Part shown: one piece after another, positions 24,620 to 34,228 of the stretch | How the letters are laid out: each line of letters begins with the position of its first letter | How positions within the stretch are numbered: position 1 is the stretch's first letter | DNA from: Macrostomum lignano | Lineage: Eukaryota | Reading direction: 5' to 3' | Length of the DNA stretch: 64,000 nucleotides | Assembly: GCA_002269645.1 (NCBI GenBank) | Contig: NIVC01002422.1 | Span: 111,256-175,255, forward strand | Notes under the pieces: model-generated | The model's database searches: none | What the model was told of the DNA's origin: nothing | What the model saw: the letters and a program-made list of their open reading frames with translations, nothing else | Translations under genes and position numbers: made by a program

Positions 24620-25970
24620 AGTCACACAGTTTAGCCACAGTCTCTCACTTGAGTCACACAGTTTAGCCACAGGCTCTCACCTGAGTCACACAGTTTAGCC
24701 ACAGTCTCTCTCCTGAGTCACACAGTTTAGCCTCAGTCTCTCACCTCAGTGACACAGTTTAGCCACAGTCTCTCACCTGAGTCACACAGTTTAGTCACAG
24801 TCTCTCATCTGAGTCACACAGTTTAGTCACAGTCTCTCACCTGAGTCACACAGTTTAGTCACAGTCTTTCACCTGAGTCACACAGTTTAGCCACGGTCTC
24901 TCTCCTGAGTCACACAGTTTAGTCACAGTCTCTCACCTGAGTCACACAGTTTATTCACAGTCTCTCACCTGAGTCACACAGTTTAGTCACAGTCTCTCAC
25001 CTGAGTCACACAGTTTAGTCACAGTCTTTCACCTCAGTCACACAGTTTAGTCACAGTCTCTCACCTGAGTCACACAGTTTAGCCTCAGTCTCTCACCTGA
25101 GTCACACAGTTTAGCCACAGTCTCTCACCTCAGTCACACAGTTTAGTCACAGTCTCTCACCTGAATCACTAAGTAGCCTCAGTCTCTCACCTGAGTCACA
25201 CAGTTTAGCCTCAGTCTCTCACCTTAGTCACACAGTTTAGCCACAGTCTCTCACCTGAGTCACACAGTTTAGCCTCAGTCTCTCACCTGAGTCACACAGT
25301 TTAGCCACAGTCTCTCACCTGAGTCACACAGTTTAGTCACAGTCTCTCACCTGAGTCACACAGTTTAGCCTCAGTCTTTCACCTCAGTCACACAGTTTAG
25401 TCACAGTCTCTCACCTGAGTCACACAGTTTAGCCTCAGTCTCTCACCTGAGTCACACAGTTTAGCCACAGTCTCTCACCTCAGTCACACAGTTTAGTCAC
25501 AGTCTCTCACCTGAATCACTAAGTAGCCTCAGTCTCTCACCTGAGTCACACAGTTTAGCCACAGTCTCTCACCTGAGTCACACAGTTTAGCCTCAGTCTC
25601 TCACCTGAGTCACACAGTTTAGCCTCAGTCTCTCACCTGAGTCACACAGTTTAGCCTCAGTCTCTCACCTTAGTCACACAGTCTAGCCACAGTCTCTCAC
25701 CTGATTCACACAGTTTAGCCTCAGTCTCTCACCTGAGTCACACAGTTTAGCCTCAGTCTCTCACCTGAGTCACACAGTTTAGCCTCAGTCTCTCACCTGA
25801 GTCACACAGTTTAGCCTCAGTCTCTCACCTGAGTCACACAGTTTAGCCACAGTCTCTCACCTTAGTCACACAGTTTAGCCTCAGTCTCTCACCTGAGTCA
25901 CACAGTTTAGCCTCAGTCTCTCACCTGAGTCACACAGTTTAGCCACAGTCTCTCACCTGAGTCACACAGT
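24620..25970. repeat. 32-bp minisatellite, ~42 units (copy B)
   Basis: Same unit as 8140-10150. Confidence 0.95.
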
Positions 25971-27111
25971 AGTAGCGGGCCAGCTCAGCAATGACCTGAG
26001 ACTGCTGCGAGAAGCTGGCGCCCAGCATCAGCGTCTTGTTGCTGCCACTGAGGTAGCCGTCAACAAATGCCTTCAGAGCGGCGCCAACGTCTTCCTGCTG
26101 TTAATTGTGTATTTGAGTTGCGTTGCATTTACTTAATTGTGGCGACAAAATCTCCACTGATTGTAAAATTTCCATGGCGAAAAGCAATCAGTCTTAAAGG
26201 TTTAAATTAATCAAATTCACTCTTGAAGCGTTTGAAGCTCTCAGCATAGCAACTGAGAGTTGTTGACTTCTGCTGAGAACAATATCGCTGTTTCTTTATA
26301 TACGGGAGTTCGTGTCCACCTTTCGCTTTAGAATTCGAACAATGGACCAGCATGTAGAGGTTATAAATAAACTTTGTATTAAAATTTTCCTGACAGACAA
26401 CAATATTGCTACTGATTTGTTAAATTCCTGAGGGATTTAAGCAATTTCAATTTTTGATGCTCATCTGCATTCGATTTCTAGCACCTGATTTTTTTAGATA
26501 GGCTGAACTGAAAGACTGACTAACGCTAAAAAGTAAAAGAATCAAAATTTGAAGCTAAACCCATAAGTAATTGAACACTATAGACGAAGCGGTCAGACAG
26601 GCGACTGCCAGCAGAAATTTCAGGGGCAAGCGCATGCTGCCGCAGAGCTGAGACTAGTGAGTACTGGGCTGCTCGAGCGACAGCTCTCTTCAATGCTCAG
26701 TTGATTTTGAGAGATTTATCACCTGCTAATAACTGTTCGCGACTTCTGATTGGGCAATTGGGTGAACAGGCTTTTCAGGTCCATCCGCTATGCTAAAAGT
26801 GGTTTTAACTATCTATCCATCAATCCGTGTGTGAACTTCTACTCAAAATGACTTGATAAGTGCTTCAATTCATGTCTTCGATTCGATGAAAGCTAGCCTA
26901 GATGTGAACAGACTGAACCTGGATTTGAATTTTATTAGTGTAAGTTTTTTAGAAAGATTTTTTTAAAGTGAAGAAAGACTCAACGTAAAAAGAAAAGAAT
27001 CAAAGAAGCGTCATGTAAACCATAAAAAAGCGTCATGTCTGATACAATGCGGTAAATTTGGAATCCGCATTGAGACCTAAGAACCAAACCCTGCAAACAT
27101 ACCAGGACTGG

Positions 27112-27364
27112 ATGTTGTCTCACGATTTCGCGGGCAAGACGGCCTAAGGAATCGTCAGTGTGTTGCCCGCAGATTTTGTCTATGGCATAAGCGTAAACGT
27201 TTGTAACGCAAGAAGCTCTAGTCCGATGCCTCCACGTCTCTCTTCACTGCAGCTGTATGAACAGGCTTTAGGGGCTTTGGACATAGACGAATTCTCAGGG
27301 CAGCGGGCACACAACGACATTCCGTGCCCGCTGTTTTAGTCTATGGCCAATCGTGAAACAACAT
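27112..27364. mobile_element. Degenerate inverted-repeat (MITE/foldback-like) insertion, absent from copy A flank
   Basis: ATGTTGTCTCACGATT ... AATCGTGAAACAACAT ends; internal GCGGGCA/TGCCCGC hairpins; GTCTATGG motifs. Confidence 0.5.
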
Positions 27365-27365
27365 A

Positions 27366-27453
27366 GTTCTGACTATGGATTTGAGGGCAGGAATGAGCGG
27401 AATCCTCGGCCCTCGGATTCGCTCATTCCTGCCCTCAAATCCATAGTCAGAAC
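27366..27453. other. Long hairpin: 33-bp perfect stem plus 6 bp after a 1-nt bulge, 9-nt loop
   Basis: GTTCTGACTATGGATTTGAGGGCAGGAATGAGC is the exact reverse complement of GCTCATTCCTGCCCTCAAATCCATAGTCAGAAC. Confidence 0.9.
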
Positions 27454-27799
27454 AATCAGTTGGCGCCGAAAATGCACATATAGCCTGCACGCGCTCAAAA
27501 AATTAAACGATGAAAAGTGCGCATAGATGAATCGACAAGTTAATTAATCGGTTTTCTCTTCTAGGCATTCCCCCTTCCTGACAAAAAGCAGCACACGCAA
27601 GCAAAAACGCATAACGAAGCAGAATCTCTTTGTTTGCAAAAAAGACTGCTGTTGAACAACTGCCATTTTCGAATAATTCTTCTGTCGTCAAAGAGAAGCG
27701 TGACTGCAAAGCACTGAAAATAGCTGCGAGGAGCAAACAGCTTGCTCTCAGCGATGCAGTCACCACGAGAAACGATCGGACCGACCTGAAAAGCACTAC

Positions 27800-28200
27800 A
27801 CCTCGAGGTTACTCATAACAGGATTAGAAAAATACACATGAAAAAGAAATGAAAAAGAAAACGACACAACTCGCAACAGTCGTACAGTCAGGCAAAGAAA
27901 CACGTCTCGCGCGTGACCGTCCTGTCCCGGGAAGACCGAAATCACTTGTCCTAGCAGACAGTGACTTCGCGGTGCGTCGGGCTTGACCACCAGCACTGCT
28001 TCATCGACGAGTACTTGCAGTTTTCTCTGTTGGTCGATCCACCTTGATCTGGGCTGCAGTCCAGGTAGCCACCCTCGCATCCATCGCCGCCACAAATTCG
28101 TCGTGAGTTCCTCCATCCACCGGTCACGAGTGCGGGAATGACATCTGCACGAGTGCGCGCTAGCGCAAGAGTTCACGATGTCCTTCACGCACGAGTGAAC
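27800..28200 (-). mobile_element. BEL/Pao pol 3' fragment (post-integrase, DUF5641-like)
   Basis: LWRRWMRGWLPGLQPRSRW..LVDEAVLV..LGQVISVFPGQDGHARDV matches the BEL C-terminal signature. Confidence 0.8.
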
Positions 28201-28253
28201 GTGAAGGAATCCCATTGTATCATTTTGGAGGGGTTTTTAGGGGTATAGCTTTG

Positions 28254-30056
28254 AATGTCTATGACCGAAGCCAACGTCTGAGCTAACTACTTAATGCTAT
28301 ATTTAGCAGTTGTAACATTATAAAAACTTAATATAAAAAACAAATTTGTAACATTATAAAAACCTAATATGAACAAAACAATCAACGGATTTAGTATAAA
28401 TCGGTCCAAGCTGTACGCCGGATCAAGGCATGTTCGAAATATGCACGTGGAATTGGCAGTTGTTGAATGTGCCCGATATAGCTGTAGCCAACGTTTGCAT
28501 CTCCATTCCAGCCCTCGTGGCTGTAGATGTTGCTGTCGCGCATCGGCCTGAGCACTGGTCTCCGGTAGCAACGCATCAGCCGGTACCTCTGAGCCGGGCG
28601 TCGGCACACGCACCTCGTCGTGCGGGCTCTCTATCCTTTGCGCTCTTTTCCTCGCCGATGGAACTGATCCTTACAGACAGCCCAGCCATCTCTCCGTCAC
28701 GCTTTCTGCTGTTCCGAATGTACCTTTGTGCAGCTGTTTTAGTTTTGTGTCCCGTTACAGCGCTGTTATCCCTCAGGGACACTCCAGCTGCACTCAACTC
28801 GGTTGCCAGGGTGACTCTTAGACAGTGGCCAGTGTAAATCTTGCTCAAATTAGCCGCTTTGGAGATGCCACTCATCATGTTCCCAAGAGTGTTGAAGCCT
28901 ACAACCTGCTTAGCAAAATACCACGACTCTACAAAGCCGCGTACTCGGGGACGTATGAACACAACGGAGCTCGACACTCCCTCTTTTCTCTTGGCCTCTT
29001 CGATCTTGCTCAGGTAAAGCTCAACACACTCGTAGGGGCATCCTATTTCAAAGGTTTCGACAATCACACTCTGCTTCCTATCTTCTGAGGTCCGCGCTTC
29101 TAAACTTCCTCGCACAGTCTTGGTTTCCATTGATGCCAGCCTGAATGCGCGTCGCCCATTGATGTTGCATCTCTCAATAGAATCCGTAGTTAGCTTACGG
29201 AACCATTCGCGTCCACGCAAGCCAAACTGCAAGGCTAATACATAGTAGACCTCCTGCTGCAAAATGGTCGGGCTACTTCGATCGAAGTAGCGGCGCAGCT
29301 TTTCTAGATCCTCTGTCTCCAAGGCGCAGAACTGTCTGACGGTGCCGCCTGATCTGATGCACATGGCGGCTGGGGAGCCTTCAATTGCATGTTGGCCTTT
29401 GCACAGCGTGGATCCTCGATAATATTAACGTCACGGACACGCAGCAAATAGCGGAAAACACCAGCTCGAGCGGTAATCAACGAAGCAGGGGCATAGAAGC
29501 CACCGTCAATTTTACGAACAAAAGCATAGAAGATTCGCAAGCCAGTGACTAACTGTTCGATATCGGCTGTATTCAGATCGCAGGCGTAGTTCTTGCTTGA
29601 AAGCACCTCGTTGAACTTACGAAGTGCCCACTTTTCTTGCAACAGAGCTGACTTTGGCGTAGTGTCGAGTTGCATTACATCCATCTCCCTGAGAAAGTCT
29701 CGTTCCGGATCTTGACCAGCTAACAGCGCCTCGATTTCATTCACATCCAACTGAGCCAGATCGTCCAGCATGCCTTGCATAGTCGCCTCCCGCCGGATTC
29801 GCTCGCCAATCTCAGAAGACGACAAACGAACGACATATGCAGCAATCCAATAGGCTCGCCCGTTGATGCTTCGTAAATCATGATGACAGCTTTTTGGCCG
29901 CAAACTCGCTGACCTCGCTTGGCTTGGCTTAGCCCGTCTCTTCACTGCTCTAAACTGCCCAGATCTTTGGGCCATAGACATATTTGGAGCGTGCAACATT
30001 GAAGTATTGTTGCACGCTCAGACTACTTTATTGTCGCACGCTCCAAATGTCTATGG
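28254..30056 (-). mobile_element. Crypton-type tyrosine-recombinase transposon (CryptonA/DUF3504-like)
   Basis: YR ORFs bounded by AATGTCTATG direct repeats (28254-28263, 30046-30055) with a hairpin at the 5' end. Boundaries are inferred; the end could extend to ~30850. Confidence 0.7.
28576..29780 (-). CDS. Tyrosine recombinase (Crypton/ZMYM-DUF3504 type), one frameshift near 29372
   Basis: FYAFVRKIDGGFYAPASL, QFGLRGRE, CPYECVELYLSK, WYF..VGFNTLGNMMSGIS..NLSKIYTGHCLR, VTGHK..AQRY. Catalytic R, HxxR, H and Y are present. Confidence 0.88.
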
Positions 30057-30085
30057 GTAATAGGCGCCCAAAATAATACAATGCC

Positions 30086-30750
30086 AGTAGAGAATGGCTA
30101 TGAGTGCACCAAATGTATTTGACCGAGGGCGCTGCATCCACGCCCCTGGCATTAGTTAGTCTAGTGGTCAAGGACGACTTAAGTATTGGTTTTGACAATC
30201 AATATGAGAAAATGGACAATCAAAAATTCTACGTATATTTCCTGTATCTAAAAATCACAAAAATGCATGACACAGCTCCAATATTTGGTTTTATGAACCT
30301 ATTTTATCATCTCTGTTACAAATATTTGCTACACAGTCGGGTAAGAATGATAAAATAGACTCATGAAGCTAAAGAGCCGAGCCGTGGCATTCTAACGTAT
30401 TTCAAGCACAAGACACGCGAAAATATACGTAGAATAAAAAATTAACATAGAGTCCTAATTTTCTGAACGAAAAGCTTTATAAATATCGATAGAGCAATAA
30501 AAAAGGCGCAACATATCAAAAGATGAACACTGGATCTGCCTCCTATCAAACGCAATAACAATTTTTGTGCTGAAAAAATGAAAACTTCCTGTCTCCGTAG
30601 TGTATTTTTTTCGGGAAAAAGTGCCTTCAAAACTTTTCTAAGAAACGAGGTTTCCCGTCCTTCTACTTAAGTCGTCCTTGCTAGTGGTATAGTGGGGGGC
30701 TGGGGCCCTCGGTCAAATACATTTGGTGCACTCATAGCCATTCTCCACTA
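30086..30750. mobile_element. TIR-bounded non-autonomous DNA element (MITE, ~665 bp)
   Basis: 40-bp perfect IR GAGAATGGCTATGAGTGCACCAAATGTATTTGACCGAGGG (from 30090; partner ends 30745) plus inner IR AAGGACGACTTAAGTA; AT-rich non-coding interior; no clear TSD. Confidence 0.8.
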
Positions 30751-30959
30751 CATCATTGTCGGATTATTCATCGTGCAGGAATGCACAAAACCGTGCAGGA
30801 ATGCATTTCTGCACCTAATGCTTTTTCAGTGAGATTTTACCATAGACATCCATTCCTGCTAGTCCTCGTTATGCTTGGTGTAGCTACAGTATATGCAGCT
30901 GGGTAACTGCCTATGGCACCGAAGGCCATTCTAGGATACAGGCTCTCCGAATGGATGAG

Positions 30960-33800
30960 AAGTGGGAAGCCCAAAGGGAAATAAAGTAAAAAAGATGGCC
31001 AGAGCTGAGACTACGGAGCAGACCCACGTTGGTTGCCGTTAAAACTCCGCCTTTTCTTTGTTGACAAAAGACTGGGCAATCCTTCAACTTTTTGACAGGT
31101 TCATCAAAAGCAATAAATATGCCGACAGTCTGCTTGTCTTCAAGCTTATCGAATGGAATTCCACGCAAGTGGCTCCACTGCCTGGCCAAACGGGTCCAAT
31201 CGACTGCTTTCAGATCACTTTTCACTCTTTCCGTTGTGTGCGCCGACACTCTCGCTCGATTGGACTCATCTAGACTCCGGATGCCGACCTCCACCGGTGC
31301 TGTTTGACAAGTGCTTAATTGGCCATTCAACCCTTTCACTTTCATCACCTGCTGTATCCGATCTCAAGTAGGTACGCGTACTCGCATCGTCAAGTATGGA
31401 GGTCACTGGCAGCTCCCGGTCGTCATCTGACAGAATCACTGGTACTGTTCTCAAGATCGGTGACGAACCCTGCGCCAACAACGTACAGGACTCCTGACCA
31501 CCGGCTTCTGGGGCTTCTCGCTCGCGCTTGGTCGCTCCCCCTGATTTTTAAACGCCATCGGAGTTTTGTGTGTCTCATGCAGCAAATGCCGGTTGTCTCG
31601 TCTTGCCACTTGTTCACTCCACAGCTTATCCCACGCTTGTAGTTGTCCATTCCACAGCCCATTCCACACTTGCAGCTGTCGACTCCACAGCTCATTCCAC
31701 GCTACCGCTTAAGTGATTTGTCCCCAGGTAGCTAAAGCACAGTCACTTCTGTTTTACAAATTCCCACCTGACTTGCAAATCCATTCTTAGAAACTTCAGC
31801 ACACTCCATGCTACTCATTACACAAACTGCAGCCTTTGCCTTCATTATTATTCTCTCTTCTATTGTCACTCATGTTGACAACGCCGCTAAAGTGCGTGCG
31901 CACCGGCTCTCCACGGTCTTGTCATGCTTTCGGTTGCAAAGGGAAAATTTATTCCGATTTTATGTTATGGATATTCGCCACTCTGCTCCATTTCATTCTC
32001 TTTCTGCTGTCTATTTTCTTGGGCATGAGCTACCACTCACAGTCTCTGTCAACTTTAGGAGAATTGCTCTCGATTATTCTGCGGCTCTCAGGGGAATTGC
32101 TCTCGATTAGTCTGTGGCGGCTCTCGAGGCGGCTCTCAATTGCTCTCGATTAGTCTGCGGCTTTCAGGGGGAATTAGCTTTGGCTTTCAGGGGGAATTGC
32201 TCTCGATTAGTCTGTGGCTTTCAGGGGGAATTGCTCTCGATTAGTCTGTGGCTTTCAGGGGGAATTGCTCTCGATTAGTCTGTGACTGCGGGATTTGTCT
32301 TCAATTAATATGGGAATCGTACTTAGATGATCTACGAATGGATTAGATACAGTGGAATCCAGAAAGTAAAAAAAGGTGGCCATGGCTGAGACTACGGAGC
32401 AGACCCACGTTGGTTGCCGTTAAAACTCCGCCTTTTCTTTGTTGACAAAAGACTGGGCAATCCTTCAACTTTTTGACAGGTTCATCAAAAGCAATAAATA
32501 TGCCGACAGTCTGCTTGTCTTCAAGCTTATCGAATGGAATTCCACGCAAGTGGCTCCACTGCCTGGCCAAACGGGTCCAATCGACTGCTTTCAGATCACT
32601 TTTCTACTCTTTCCGTTGTGCGCCGACACTGCTCGACTCGATTGGACTCATCTAACTCCGGATGCCGACCTCCACCGGTGCTGTTTGACAAGTGTTAATT
32701 GGCCATTCAACCCTTTCACTTTCATCACCTGCTGTATCCGATCTCAAGGTACGCGTACTCGCATCGTCAAGTATGGAGGTCACTGGCAGCTCGGTCGTCA
32801 TCTGACAGAATCACTGATTTCTCAAGATCGGTGACGAACCCTGAACAACGTACAGGACTCCTGACACCGGCTTCTGGGGCTTCTCGCTCGCGCTTGTCGC
32901 TCCCCTGATGAATTTCCACACACTAAGCTTGTACTCCACAGCTTACGCTAGCGAGCCCCAGGTAGCTAAAGCACAGTCACTTCTGTTTTACAAATTCCCA
33001 CCTGACTTGCAAATCCATTCAGAACTTCAGCACACTCCATGCTACTCAACACAAACTGCAGCCTTTGCCTTCAATTATAGTCACTCATGTTGACAACGCC
33101 GCTAAAGTGCGTGCGCACCGGCTCTCCACGGTCTTGTCATGCTTTCGGTTGCAAAGGGAAAATTTATTCCGATTTTATGTTATGGATATTCGCCACTCTG
33201 CTCCATTTCATTCTCTTTCTGCTGTCTATTTTCTTGGGCATGAGCTACCACTCACAGTCTCTGTCAACTTTAGGAGAATTGCTCTCGATTATTCTGCGGC
33301 TCTCAGGGGGAATTGCTCTCGATTAGTCTGTGGCTTTCAGGGGGAATTGCTCTCGATTAGTCTGCGGCTCTCAGGGGGAATTGCTCTCGATTAGTCTGCG
33401 GCTTTCAGGGGGATTTGCTCTAGATTAGTCTTTGGCTTTCAGGGGGAATTGCTCTCGATTAGTCTGTGGCTTTCAGGGGGAATTGCTCTCGATTAGTCTG
33501 TGGCTTTCAGGGGGAATTGCTCTCGATTAGTCTGTGACTGCGGGATTTGTCTTCAATTAATATGGGAATCGTACTTAGATGATCTACGTGGGATGGATTA
33601 ATTACAGTTAATCCAGAAAACTTGAACAAAAAGGTGGTGCTTGCATGTCGCTAAGTGTACACGACTTATCTGATCTAGACAGGTAACCTTGAGCAGGAAA
33701 ATTAAGACTGAATTTCTTCATCAAGAGCACACTGTGCCCCATTTCTTTATTAATATGTCTGCGTGATGGACAGGTCTTCGTCGCACTTTTGTCAAAATAA
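30960..33800 (-). mobile_element. BEL/Pao gag-protease remnant, tandemly duplicated (~30960-32340 and ~32345-33600)
   Basis: Pao protease LRTVPVIL..ILDDASTRTYL, VKGLNGQ..PVEV..AVDW..W.HLRGIPF; gag knuckle CSLCNE*HG..CFSYLG.NHLSG..CGVDSCK..HLLHE. Confidence 0.85.
32055..33540. repeat. 34-bp minisatellites (GGCTTTCAGGGGGAATTGCTCTCGATTAGTCTGT) at 32055-32285 and 33280-33540, amplified from BEL gag sequence
   Basis: Tandem periodicity of 34. Confidence 0.85.
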
Positions 33801-34228
33801 AAAATGAAGGTTAAAAATAATTTTTAAAAACTCGTGGACAAAAATAAAAGTCACTAAATGACAATTGTTGCCAGTGTGGATGAACAGGAAAAACGGTACA
33901 AAAAAGCAGAGGAAATTTCTACGAAAGAAAGCAAGCGATGCTGACGATGAGCGGACTAAACTAACTACTGGCAGTAGCATGCACGGGGAGGGGCTGACAA
34001 ATATAGACTAACTAGTTCATTTGGGCTTCTGGAAGACACTTTCTAAGCAAAACTTAAATGGAGATTCTCATAGAGTTGCATGAATTCAACTAAAATTAGG
34101 CGATATGCTAGTGGTTTAAAAAAATCAAATGTAAAATATTTAATATAGCAAAACTGAAAATTTATGATTTATCAGCAGTCTGGCTGTATTTCAGCTGGCA
34201 GAATTCATCTCAAAGTCGTCCGGAAGCG

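Larger units (their letters stand above)
14793..26635 (-). pseudogene. GABA-B-receptor-like GPCR, copy B (exons 2-13 intact; exon 1 disrupted, so pseudogene or N-terminally altered)
   Basis: Exons 25957-26094, 24423-24590, 24165-24263, 24001-24075, 23131-23319, 21827-22069, 20033-20096, 19875-19952, 19085-19464, 18875-18997, 15440-15775, 14793-14924 match copy A with few, mostly synonymous changes. Exon 1 from ATG 26635 reads MRLPLKFLLAVACLTA, then diverges to SSIVFNYLWV-stop. Confidence 0.75.
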
